Below are positions 12,623 through 24,903 of a stretch of DNA of 64,000 nt, in pieces. The stretch's first letter is position 1, and each line of letters opens with the position of its first letter. The position numbers and the translations under genes were made by a program. The DNA comes from Pelomyxa schiedti (Eukaryota > Protista > Evosea). Location of the stretch: assembly GCA_020536535.1 (NCBI GenBank), contig JAHLWZ010000821.1:1-64000 (forward strand), in the 5' to 3' direction. The notes beneath the pieces are model-generated. The model did no database searches. It had not been told where the DNA came from and saw only the letters and a list, made by a program, of their open reading frames with translations.

Positions 12623-12851
12623 CCCACAGTTTCACAAAACAAACCGAAAATGTCGTTTCGTGAAAGGAAAGACGATTAGAGGCAACCGATACTTACAAAT
12701 GTGGATGCCAGCACAGTGTGCTTAATTAATCCTGGAACTCTCCAACAGTTGAGGCTGAAACCCAGATCCAGCCGTTTGAACGGGGCACAACTCCTGAATC
12801 TTTCAAAAAGCATACTACGAAAGAGAAAAAAAAAAAAAACCGCAAAGGGGG

Positions 12852-13253
12852 ATGTCGTGGTCTCCGCCAATGACTAGCCCACCGCCGCAGACACAGGTGG
12901 AAGTGAAGGTGGCCCCTGTGTGTTGCCACGATCTGGTCGAATCTACTCTCTACGAGCTTGCCCAGCGAGATCCGGTTTACGGCTTTGGATACCGCTGCGA
13001 TCGCTGCGGCCGGCGCTTCGCCCCCACGTCGCAGGCGACCCAGGCGATTGGCGACTCGCTCTCGTGGGGCCCGGTGATGCGCGCGGCGGCGTCTGCGTCG
13101 CTCGCGGTGGCGCGAGGCGGCTCTCTGTGTTTGGGGAATCCCGGCGTTGAGCGGCTGTCACACTGCGCCGTGTGCTGCTACGACTTGTGCGCAGTTTGCT
13201 CTGCTTACAAAACAGTGTGTTTCGTCTTTCTTACCTGTATCACGCAGTGCAAG

Positions 13254-13284
<31 letters not shown>

Positions 13285-14579
13285 GTCTTTGAGAAGTGGC
13301 TGATGTGATTTAGGGTAGTAAATCTATGGAACTTCCAGCCACTAGGATGACGTGCAATGGGGGTCATCAACTCTTTGGAACCTCGTTTAGTTTCTTGGCA
13401 GGGGAGTATGCACTTGGCTTCCGATGTGACAAATGTGGACGCATGGGCGGACTTTCCGGACAGGAGGAGTGCCTTTATCACTGTGGAACCTGCCCCTCTG
13501 GCTATGATGTTTGTTGCATGTGTGCCCTCAGCGCCGCCACACCAGTGTGTATCAATGACCCTCATGTAAACTCACATTTTTTTCCCCCGTATAGATGTTC
13601 CAGCCCCCACGCCCTTCACCTAAGGTCCCACCAAAGTTCGGCACATCACCAATCATTCCGCTGCCTCCATTCATTTCCATTTCTACAACTGGCTCTATTG
13701 GTCCCAAATACTGCTGCAGCAAGGGCCATCCACTGGTACCTGGTGTGCTCCAGACATACTCTCTACGTTATGAATGTGATCGCTGCAAACGGCAATCAGC
13801 TGTGATGCGCGAAAGAATAAACCGTTGCAGTGCCTGTAACTACGATATTTGCGCAATGTGTGCTGCTTTTTCCAAAGTATCAAAAACATTTATGAAACTT
13901 GGCACCAAGATATTAACAGCAATTATAACAGAAACTACCTGGCCCCAAAATACCACCTCTTGCTCTGTCTCTCAAGTGCACCCGAGGCCATGGTCTGCGT
14001 GTTGCCACAATATCTTCATTGATGAAGTCATCTATGTACACTAAGGGATATGTCTGTGATATCTGCAAACATCAATGGCTCACAAGATCTGGTGACCCAG
14101 AAGAAACTTTGCTTCATTGTGATGTATGCAGCTATGACATGTGCCCATTGTGCGCAAGATATAGTGTATGACCGCAGGGATTATTTTTCAATCTAAGCCT
14201 CCTTTAGGCGGGTGCCCCTGATGAAGAAACGGAGGTTCCAGCAGTCACAACTCCTCCGCCTTTCTCGTCAACCATTCCGTTCATTTTCCCTACCAAACCA
14301 CCATTACCCATTACTCCAACCAAAATTACTCCAGTCACCCCCCCGAAACCCGATCCCAAACCAGACCCCAAACCTGTTGTCACCGCAACAAGCACAACCA
14401 GCACAGCTTCTACCAGCCCTTCACAGATAAATGAATGTGTTGTGTGCACAGCCAATAGCCGCGACACCCTGTTCATGCCCTGCAGACACCTCATTTGCTG
14501 TTCAACCTGTGCTGAGATTGTGGATGCATGTCCATTCTGCAGGCAACCAATTGCCACCAAAATCAAAGTCTTCACATAA
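12852..14579 (+). CDS. Protein with four ZZ/DC1-like Cys-His zinc fingers and a C-terminal C3HC4 RING (putative E3 ligase)
   Basis: Four repeats of the form C..(G)H.L..Y/F.CDxC..(H)CxxC.YD.CxxC; RING CVVC..FMPCRHLICCSTC..CPFCR; TAA at 14577-14579. Confidence 0.85.
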
Positions 14580-14663
14580 ATGTCTACACAAAACCCAAAC
14601 ACGTTGTATCTTGCCAATTCCATAAAAGAATCATAGGCTCTGTAGCCAAGGAAAAAGAAAAAC

Positions 14664-14978
14664 TTATTCGAATTTTGCTTGTGTCTTATTCTTTTCAAAA
14701 TCTTTTACCGTGTGTGCTATGTAAAAGCCAAGGAGAGCCAGACAACATATGACTTGTCTTCTCCAGAACAAGGAGGAGGTCAACATCAGATTGTTGGTCC
14801 TATGGTACAACTTAGTTTGCATTGTGTAGTAGTGCACTGAACATACTGGTTCCGGCAAAGTGGAATGAGGGCTTGTTGTAGCACATATGGGAGCAGCATA
14901 ATCTTGGTCTGGAGACTGTGTGGAAAATATTGGCGGAAGGGTGTGCATTGACAGCGAGGCAATGTCATATTCCTCCAT
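14664..14978 (-). CDS. Hypothetical small protein with C-terminal hydrophobic segment
   Basis: 104-aa ATG-initiated ORF filling the gap between the RING gene and RIO2; no recognisable motif. Confidence 0.25.
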   Translation of the reverse strand: MEEYDIASLSMHTLPPIFSTQSPDQDYAAPICATTSPHSTLPEPVCSVHYYTMQTKLYHRTNNLMLTSSLFWRRQVICCLALLGFYIAHTVKDFEKNKTQAKFE

Positions 14979-15283
14979 GCCCAGTTTGTTGGTTGGAATT
15001 CTAGAATAATAAACGATTCGCTTTTTGGCGTTGGTTTATAAACCAACGACCGGTCATGGTCTCATCACCTCGTACGATATTCACCTAAGGCTAACTGGAA
15101 CTCCACTCATTCTTCATCCGACTTTGTTCAGGGGAGCGCAATTCAAGGATGGAGGTAGAGGCTGCAGTATACCATCGACCCACTGCGAATGGTGGACCAG
15201 AAGGGGATCTGCAGGGGCGATTTCCCTGCTGGTTTGGGTGGGTGCAGTTGCATTGCCAAATTGAGGCCAAAGCGGAAGCAGCC

Positions 15284-17416
15284 ATGGTGAAGCTGGACGC
15301 GTCGCTTCTGCGGTACTTCGGGCGCGACGAGTTCCGCGTCCTGTCGGCGGTAGAAATGGGGATGCGCAACCACGACCTGGTGCCGCAGCCGCTGCTGGAG
15401 AAAATCGCGGGGCTGCGGCGCTCGGGCGAGGCCCACAGGGCCCTGGTGGAGGTCCACAGGGCCAAGTTGGTGTGGCACTCTCGGGCCCCGGGCTACGAGG
15501 GCTACAGGCTCACCGCTTCGGGGTGTGTTGCGATTCGCGATGCAACTCACGAATTCTGTAGAATTTTGGTGTTTTGGGCTTTTGGGTTTTTTTTTTTTTT
15601 TTTTTTTTTCTGTTTGGTTTTGTGGCGTGTTTGATTTTATTTTGGTTATGTAGTTATTGATTGTACTTTGTCTAGTTATGACTACCTTGCTTTGAATGCC
15701 ATGTGCAGAGCAGAGAAGATATCGGCTATGGGGAAGAAGTTGGGAGTGGGAAAGGAAGCTGATGTGTACTTGGTTCAAGGCCCTGACCCAAATGCACCTC
15801 CTCCAGCTGAAGGCACTATTAACGTTCCAGCTGATTTAGTGAGCAGGTCAGCCAGATCTGTCACTAGTCGTCGCACAGGAAGTCCCAAGGTTAATGGTAC
15901 AGACTCAAATTTTGTTGTCTACATATCAAATTGACTTTCTTTTCAAGTGATCCCAATGGCCACAATGCTACTGAAACTCCACAGACTTGGAAGGACTTCC
16001 TTCCGTGCTGGTACTACTTTCCATTGTCCTTTGAAATTTAAACAAATATTGCTCGTAGTGAAGGACAAAAGAGACTACCTAAAAGGAAGGAAGACTGGAA
16101 GCTGGATTTATTTATCCCGGCTAGCTGCTCAAAAGGAGTTCGCGTTCATGACTGTTCTCCATAATCATGGATTCCCTGTTCCACAACCAATAATGCAGAA
16201 TCGGCATGCCATACTGATGGAGCTATGCAAAGGGACACTGTTGGCCCATGTTACACATTGCTCAAACCCAGGTTTTTTTCCTACAATATTTTATTTTCCA
16301 TCCTCAAACTACCCAGGAAAGTTATATAATACCATTATGGAACTCATTGTGCGACTTGCTGCACATGGGCTCATTCATTGTGATTGCAATGAGTTCAACA
16401 TCATTGTTGATGATGACTTGTCTATCAAATTGATAGACTTTCCGCAAATGATTTCAACGTCACACCCCAATGCACCAACATATTTTGCACGAGATGTTGA
16501 GTGTGTACGCACGTTCTTCACCCGGAAACTTTACTACACATCAGAACGATACCCTGTATGGGGGAGAGATGTCAACCCAAATTGTGAAGTTGCACTGGAC
16601 AAAGAAGTGTCAGCTAGTGGCTTCACCAAAAATGATCAGAAAGCTCTAGAGAACTTACTTGAGCAAGAGAAGGATCTGATGGGAACTGATTACGATGGAG
16701 GACAAAGTTCAAGTGATAATGATGACAGTGAGGATAGTGACAGTGAAGAGAGTGATACAGATGAAGAAGCGCGTAGGGAATCAGCTGCGAGAGGCGACTC
16801 AGGTGAGGAATGTGGGCCCAAAATATTAACCCCAGAGAGGTCTTTGAGGCTGGACAAGTACCTCGACAGTTTTGAACCAATACTTATGAACAACGATGTA
16901 CTTGAGGAACTGAGAAGCCCAATCACAGAAGAGACAGCGCATTCAGAGAAACCGTCTACAGAACCCACATCCACATCCACACCCACACCCACACCCATAA
17001 CCACCACTCCACCTGTAAGCACAGTGCCAAAACCGGAGGAGCCACAAGTCGCCGTGCAATCATCACCGGAAGTCACCACAGCACCCTCCCCCAGCAAACC
17101 CACAGACACAATCGCCATTACCAACCAAACACCGGACACCTCCGCATCGAACACCACAACAACATCCGCTACTACTTGCACCACACCTACACACTCCGCA
17201 ATCGCTATCACAGCGCAGCAACCGTCACCGTCACCACCAGCATCCACAGAGGAACCTCAACAGACACCAGAAGTGACCATCGACATAAAGGCAGTGAAAA
17301 AGTATGCCAGACAAAAGATAAAGCAGCACAACCGGCACAACAAGGCAAACCCCTCACTCCGCCGCAATTCACCCAAGAAAGGATCCAAAGTCAAAGAAGA
17401 CGCGTTCTGGGGCTAA
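15284..17416 (+). CDS. RIO2: RIO2 atypical kinase (40S maturation), multi-exon
   Basis: FRVLSAVEMGMRNH winged helix, GVGKEADVY, KLHRLGRTSFR, GLIHCDCNEFN, IDFPQM. Confidence 0.97.
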
Positions 17417-17617
17417 TCAAACCACCCTCAAACAGCAGAATTACCCCAGGTAAATGATTGAACATTCAAAAGAAGTAACGCGTGACGCATTTCTGCCTTG
17501 TTTCTTTGTTGACGAAACTGCGGTTCCGTGAACCAAACAGCCTTTTTAAATCGGTTAAAACTTCAAACGGCACAAAAGAAAAAAAAACCCAAACAACAAA
17601 CAGCACAAGAGTGTGAA

Positions 17618-18019
17618 ATGGCTTATTACCCACCACCAGGAATGGGGATGCCTGGGTACCCACCCCCAATGATGCCTGGAATGGGAATGGGAATGCCACC
17701 CCCTATGATGCCTGGAATGGGAATGCCGATGGGCTATGCCCCAAGTACATCTTTTTTTTTTTTTGTGATGATAATTGCTTTCCTTGCCACCCTTCTTGTG
17801 CTTTATTGGTTTTTGGTTGTTTTTCTTCAACAAGTAGTTTGTGAATCGTTTGCACGTGTGATTGGACTAATAGAATAATAAAATCTAATGCTTATCATAG
17901 CGTACTGCACACCACCCATGGGAATGGTCGTTCCACCTGGCTATTATTGGAGCAAGAAGGGAAGGATGAAGCCAATCAAGCCCTTCAAGGTCCACAAGAA
18001 CCCATACAAGGTGCACTAA
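17618..18019 (+). CDS. 81-aa Pro/Met/Gly-rich protein with basic C-terminus (two exons)
   Basis: Exons 17618-17744 and 17901-18019 join in frame across a GT-AG intron (246 nt): MAYYPPPGMGMPG...YWSKKGRMKPIKPFKVHKNPYKVH. Confidence 0.8.
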
Positions 18020-18141
18020 GAGGTCCTCTTTGTGCCACCCTGCATACCTCTGTGAAAAAAGACAAAACTCATTTGAACAAAACGAGAGGAAAAAAACAAT
18101 TTGTTGTTTCTAGAGAAACAGTTGTTGGCTGCATAGTGTGG

Positions 18142-20522
18142 TTATCTTCTTCCGGACTTTGATTTGGTTGTGGCTCCAAGTAGTGGTGCTTGTTTTTGAT
18201 ACCCTTCCATTCTACAGGGTGTCAGATTGGTTGGTGTATGATAGGGAGAAATTGCTTACTTGGATCCCTGTATGGAAGTGGTGTCGGATTGTTCTGTGGA
18301 CTGCGTGTAAGACTGACTGTGGTAATCGCTATCTTCATACTCAGTGCTTCCACAATTGGCCATCTAGTTCAGGGTGAGTAGGAATCCTTTTACCGGCAAA
18401 AAAGGAACTCACTTCCACATCATAGCTGTGGAACGGCTCTTCATGGATAGGTTTGGGTGCTACTTTGACCGAAAGTAAGTACTTTCCGGTGAACCAAGTC
18501 CATGTCAAAAGGAACAAGTTTATCGTGAAATTTGTGGTAAGGTCAGTGTCTTGGTACCAGCTTGCAGCTTCACCAGTGACACCGAACTCGGTATACACAA
18601 GATGGTAGAGGATGAAGTCGACAATGGAAAAAAGAGTAATCTGACAGGAAAGATTTGAGATGCGAAGTATTGAAAGGAGTTGGGAATTACAAAGCAATAA
18701 CTGGCAATTAGGTGCCAAGTCTTGCTAGAAAAATACGTTCTGAAAGCATTTCCATAGAAGCCAAGGCAAATGGCTGGTGCCAAAGGATAAGAACCACAAG
18801 CCGTACAGAAGTGCCAGATATCTGCGGGTTTCTGGTGATGAATTGATTAGAAACAACATTTAACTTCTATTCGCATACTCCCGCCGGCCAGAAGTGACGT
18901 GTTACGGAATAGAGTATTCCAGTTACGACGGCAGCATTTAGCCACCAGGCACCAGTCATAAGAAATCCTTTGAGCTGGGGTGCAATTCTAGGTTGACAAA
19001 GGCTAAGCCTAGAAAAAAGGATGGAAAAAAAAAAAAATACGAACGGTATCATTGCCCAGAAAGGCTTTGTCCATATTGCTGCTGCTAATTGAGTGACAAT
19101 AGCCATCTGCGTTGTAGCAAGGAACCACTGAAGCAGAATAATGTCAGCTTCTACGAGATAAATACGGCATATGGAAAAAGGTACAATGAGCCATATACCC
19201 CACGAAAAAAAATACCTAGGAGATAGAATGACTAAACTTAGGGAATTATATCCAGGTCCATACCAAAAAACTCCGCGTAAGTAAATAGTCTTTGGATATT
19301 TTGTGGCAAATATTTTCGTGAGTTGTACACCACCCCAGCAAGTGTCTTCCCAAGCCCCGCAAAAGAATCCTCTGCGGAAAATTAATGAGAAGTTTCTTTG
19401 TAAATTTTGCACACATGATAATGAAGGCAATATGACCATTCATAACTCTCGCAGCTGGAAGAATACTTCGCAAGATTTCGTCATGGACCCACCACAAAAC
19501 GCAGGTGACCACAAAAACGACAATCTTATGTCAGTTACATGTGCCATACAATTGGAACTTTTCTACACACATATCTATCGGTACCGACGAGATTGGGTTC
19601 TGGTGTTGGCTGCGGAAAATCCGAGTAGAAGTGAAATAAGTATATTCCAAACTGAGCGGTATGAGCCACATTTCCGTTGAAATAAGGAAGGAAATACCAA
19701 GGTATAGTAACCTAATAATGGTACATAAATAGATTTGAACCACTTGCCATCAGGCTCAAAACGCCAAGCTGCTGCTAGAATAATCATAGCTATGAAGAAT
19801 GAGAGAAAAACTCAAACGAAAGGAGAGAATTCAAAAGTTATCCAATTTAGTATATTAACACAAGAACATTGCTCTACTCCCATTATTTTCTCCGTCCCCT
19901 AATTCTTTCCCCTCCCCCATTCCCACTCACAAAGGATGACAGAAACTAGCAGTGCCGCCATCCAAGTCCTATTCCCCCACCTCAATTCCCACGTCTCAGC
20001 TGCCAATGGCGCAGGGGACACAAACGGGCTCCCAGTCCCCAGTCCCTTTGATTCCTCCCCAATCCTCCCTGAAGCTCCGCCCATAATCGGAATCCTCCTC
20101 TGCGCCGGCGTCTTGGTCATAACCACGTCGTCTGATCCGTCTCCATCTCCATCTCCGTCGCCGTACCCATCTCCTCCTCCTGACAAAATAGCCCCTGCGG
20201 TCCCAGTGCTTGCGATTGTTGTAGTGGTCGTACCAACTGACCTCTTCTTGTCCTCGCTAGGGCCTGACGAAAATGCCTCGGCAGCACCTTTCGTCGGTGC
20301 CCCTCTCGGGAGCACCGGGGTGCGCTGCGGTGGGCTTATGGGACTGGACGGCGTCCCAGTGCCCCCCGTGGGCGTCGAAAGAGGCGGGGGCTTTGGCGGA
20401 TCTGGGAGCGAAAGTGAATCTGGGGCCGGAGCGGGCCTGGTGTCGGTGTTTGGCGGCAAGAGCGGGGGATCGATGCCATCCAAAACGTTCTGGGGTCTGT
20501 TGGTCCCACTTCGCTGCGACAT
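18142..20522 (-). CDS. Unclassified multipass membrane protein with Pro/Thr-rich N-terminal tail
   Basis: Consecutive exon ORFs with many Trp/Gly-rich hydrophobic helices; terminal exons join through GT-AG introns to TAA at 18142-18144. Confidence 0.7.
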
Positions 20523-21003
20523 GGTTTTGTCGAACTTACAGACTTTGTAATTTGCAATAATTTGAAATTGAGGGTTTTCTTTTTCGTGCTTTCCTTCTTC
20601 TTTTGCGTTCCGTAAGAAGGTCTTTAGCTGCTGTGATTGTTTTTGTATCTTTGTTTGAATTCACTACGCTAAAGGTTTCTATCATCAGACGGTGCAACCA
20701 CGTTGAGTTCAACTTCGGGGGGATCCACACCTTCGGTGTGTTGGGATGCAACTGAGATTTCAAGGATGTTTACATGTGTAGTGCAGGTGTCTGGATTACA
20801 CATTATTTTCCCTCAAAAAAAAGTGTACGCCATATATAAGAAGCTAACACGGTTTTTTTTATTTTCCCTTCAAACAGTGGGTGGGGAAAAAAAAAAGGAG
20901 GGGAATTACAGTAGAACCTCAGTGTGATGTACAGTCTCCTCTGTGATGGAGATGACCCATCAAACAGTGGGATACTGAGGTTTTGGGTGCCGGCAAAATA
21001 AGC

Positions 21004-21546
21004 TCACCTCAGAAGAGCCCTCATAGACTCAGTCTCAGCAGCTTCCAAGGGTGTGCGCCCATCCATGCCTCTGATAGTCTTGTTGGCCTTCTTTGACAAA
21101 AGGAACTGCACCATGTTTTCGTGGCCGGCATAAACAGCAGCCAGAAGAGGGGTTATTCCAAACCGGTCACGCTCATCAACGCGTGCTCCGTTAGCGAAAA
21201 GATACTGTGCAATCTACGCACAGTCAAGTTAACTCAACATCACGAGAAAATAGTATCTTATACAATACTATGTTAAACACCCGCCTAGAAACAACACATT
21301 GTTGTTATTACTGTTATTATTACTTTTTCTGAATAGCCGTGGACCCATGATAAGCAACAGCACCAAAGGAAAACATACCTCCAATTGGCCATAGTCAGCG
21401 GACCAGTGCATTGGTGTCCTCTTGTTTGCGTCGAGCATGTTGACGAGCGCTTTACTCTTCGTGACGAAACCTTTCACACCAGCCAAGTCGCCGTTCTTCA
21501 CGGCCCAGTCGAAATCTTTGGCTCCTACCGGCGTCGTCGATGCCAT
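21004..21546 (-). CDS. MTPN: Myotrophin/V-1 ankyrin-repeat capping-protein inhibitor (two exons)
   Basis: WAVKNGDL..RTPMHWSADYGQLE|IAQYL..GITPLLAAVYAGH..GRTPLEAAE, about 125 aa. Confidence 0.88.
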
Positions 21547-21782
21547 GCTGTTTCGATTTTTGTTTGTTGTTTTTTCGTTATTTTAGGGTTCGTTTGTCTT
21601 TTTTCTTTTTTTTTTTTTTCGTGTTCGTTGTAGGGGAAGTTCGAAGCGAGATCTTTGAGCCTATGATTGGAGGGATATATCACGATCTGCAAAGGAGGGG
21701 GCAGAGTGAAGACACTAAAAAAACAGGTTTATTTTTTTGTTTTGGTGAGGAGGGTGGTGGGTAGGGGATTTGATTTCTAAAG

Positions 21783-22757
21783 TCACAGCAATGTACACCG
21801 CTTTTTTGGTTTGGCTTCTGGGTTTGCATCCCCACCTTTGAGTGGGCACTTGCGCATCTCACGCACAAGCTGCACAAACACCTGATCCACGTTGATTCTG
21901 TTTTTGGCAGATGTAGCGAAAAACGGCATGCCGTACTTGGCCGCGAATGCAACTGCATCTGCTTGCGTCACTTCCAACTGGTCAGCCAAATCAATTTTGT
22001 TCCCGGCCAGTATGAATGGTACACTATCAACATCTTTGACTTGCAGCAATTTCGTGTGTAGCTGAGGCAGGTCTTGGAATGTTTGTAGTGCGGCCATCGA
22101 AAATACTAATAAAAAACCTTGCCCGTTTCTTATAAAGCGATCACGTAATGCGGAGTACCTGCATGAGAAAATTACTACTTTCCAGCAGTGGCATGCTTAA
22201 ACAATGAATGGTGTGAGTTACTTACTCCTCTTGACCGGCTTTTGTTGATTTGAATGGGGGAGGGAGGAAAAATGTGAGCAAGTACGAAATTAAGATGTGT
22301 AAGCAATCACCGGTATCAAGAATGTGCAAAACGCATGGAGTATCATCTACGCACACTTGCTTTCTGTAGGAATCCTCAATCGTTGGATCATATGTCTCTG
22401 GAATTAGGCAGTTTTAACGGTTGATGATTCAAAAAAAACCTTTATTAATTAAAAGAAAGACCTACCAACGAAATGGTTTTGTACAAAAGAAATCGTGAGT
22501 GCACTTTTACCCACTGACCCAGCTCCTATTACAACTACCGTGAACTCATCTGACCTCGCCTTTTTCGGTGTATTCTTTTCCTATGAAACGTGTTAGTTCC
22601 ACTTTTAGGTACATCATACAAAAGTGAAGCATAGAGTCACCTTTGTGGCCTGCTCAGGTGATGGTGACCTCGACCGACTCTGGTTGTTTGCAGGTAGTGA
22701 CAATGTGCCTGGTGTTGGTGACTGTGAAACTGATGGTATTGCTGGCGACGCCGCCAT
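21783..22757 (-). CDS. Ras-family GTPase with N-terminal Ser/Pro extension
   Basis: GAGSVGKS, effector loop [36 protein letters not shown]. Confidence 0.93.
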
Positions 22758-23043
22758 CAGGTTTGGTTTGTTTAATTGAGGGAATGTATGTTCGTTATGG
22801 ATACTCTCAATGAGAGTGCGGGAAATAAATTATGCTGTTGAGTCTCAATGAGTGGATGTGGTTTGTTTTCGTCAACACCCAAGCGTTTTGTTGTTTTTTT
22901 TTCCTTTCAGCCGTAGTAGTGTGATGACCGCGAAAAAACATGTTTATCAAAAGGAGAAAGTTCTGTTTATCCACTTACAGCAGGTTTAATCTGGTATGAG
23001 GGAATTTTTTTTTTTCAAAACAGGCAAAACGTGGCTTGTCTCT

Positions 23044-24517
23044 TCAAAAAGGTATCACAGAGACAACACCAGTAGAAAGCAGGTCTGTATTGTACAAGTT
23101 GGTGTATGATTGGATGAGGTTTGCCAGGTATAACGAGAACAGTGTGAAGCATTGCTCTATGCTGCTCTGAGTTATTTGTGCATTACCTGGCTGTGGTTGT
23201 GTGGCAATGGTGATTACAGCAACTCCGGGGCTGTCTGTTTAAGATGGGTCAGGAAATCAATTTTCAATTCAGGGTAGCTTTACCTGGGTATGTGTATCTT
23301 GGAATGAAAGCAGTGCCTAAATCGGCAATGCCACAAATGTGTTGCGAAAGAACTACAAAATGAGAAAAAAGTCTCCTCCAATCGGCTTCGTTGAATGCAA
23401 CTCGTAGAGCACGAGTTATGTACGACCCAATAGGAGGTGTGGCATTAACAGCAGGTACAGAAGTAGGGCAAGCCTAAAGAAGAATAAGAATGGAAGATAA
23501 GTAGAATAATATTAAAACCACTCGTTTCTCACAGAATGCCACTGGTGATTCGGGAAGTTGGTGTGATGGTTGTTGTGTTTGTACTGATTGGAGATGCTGG
23601 TGAAGAACGGAGTCCACTGATGGGAAGGTTGAAAAGGAAGGAGAGGAGAAAATTGTTGTGCTGTCGTTGATGGGTGTGCGATGTGCCTCAACATCGGGAG
23701 GGGGTGGAGTAGGTGTATTTCTCTTCTGTGTAGTTCTACTTGCTGTAGGCAAATTAACATTATGGAGAGAAAGGGATTGTTTTTACGTTTTTTCCTTGCT
23801 CTTAAAACGAAAGTAGGAGATAAGATAGAAATTTGACCAAGTTTGACTTCCATCAACAGAAGTGCTTTAAGGTGGTCTCTGAAAGCAAAGGTGAGGGGGA
23901 ACCTCGGAGGTGAAACAATAAACCTTGAAGATGTGCAATTGCTGCGAAGTGTAAATTGATACTGTTCCATGCCCTCAGGTGAAGTTTTCGCGCAGGTTTC
24001 ACCATAAGGTTCAGTCACAGTAATAACCGAAGATGAGGGGCAACAAGAAGGGCACATGACAGGTTCTGTGAAAATTCAGTTTCTTCAATTAATGCTCACA
24101 TCCAAACCTTGCAGTTTCCCTGCTCTCCGGCATTGTGCAGCCAAACCAGCCACTACCATATCTTGCTCACCCAATCCCAATTGCTCTCGGTAGTCTCCTC
24201 TTATACTCAATCTCATCTGAAACAAGCAGAAGTAAGAAAAAGGAAGTTGCACTCTAAGTGTATATCCCGCCCACTGTAGTTGGTGTTGTGTGTTGTGAAT
24301 ACCCAGTATGAGCCGTATTTATATATTTTCACTGACGAAAGAGTGATTTTGGCATTGCACGCCGACACTTGCCCTTCTGACTGCGCATGTTTGAGTGAGG
24401 ACGTCTGATATCCAATTAAGACCATAAAATGGGGAAAAATAAGCCACAAAAAAAAAAAAAACACACAGCAACGGCGGGATTCGTGGAGTCTATAAAGACT
24501 CCAAACTCTTCTATCAT
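23044..24517 (-). CDS. Putative CudA-like (amoebozoan) transcription factor, multi-exon
   Basis: Spliced product contains EQYQFTLRSNCTSSR|DHLKALLLMEVKLG..SPTFVLRARKKR, which I recall as resembling the CudA core; exons join through GT-AG introns to TGA at 23044. Family assignment is from memory and tentative. Confidence 0.5.
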
Positions 24518-24903
24518 CTCAAAATGCTCGCCAAAGCAAAACCAGAACCAGAAACAGAAGCAAAAGCAAAAACAATAACTCTTGTGGTGCTGCGCGACAC
24601 TGGACCGTGGTCCGCAGTAGTCCGAAATTTTAAAATTAAAGGGAAAATCCTTTGGTTTTTTCGGATGTTTTAGCGCGGTTTTTTTGTTTGTCTTCACCTG
24701 CGGTTCAATAAGTTTTTCCATTCCTGTAACTGACCTCACGGAATAACCGAGAATTTCACCTCCGAAATCCACGGATCGCAGGTTCTGTTACGTGGCTCTA
24801 GCTTGAATTCGTCGAAAGATCCAGTTACAAAGGACATGCCCCGAATGTACATCATTTTCCACTTGCTTGTCCGGGCATTGTGAACTAGGACTGTTGACTT
24901 TTT

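Noticed and set aside
16690-17247. Long antisense or alternative-frame ORFs (also 19936-20550, 35708-36226, 59994-60479)
   Set aside because: Shadows of stop-poor, low-complexity S/T/P-coding exons on the other strand
20655-20750. Hammerhead-like core CTGATGA-TA-GAAAC on the minus strand plus the nearby hairpin CACACC-TTC-GGTGTG
   Set aside because: Stem II is absent and stems I and III do not pair convincingly; probably chance sequence in a promoter region
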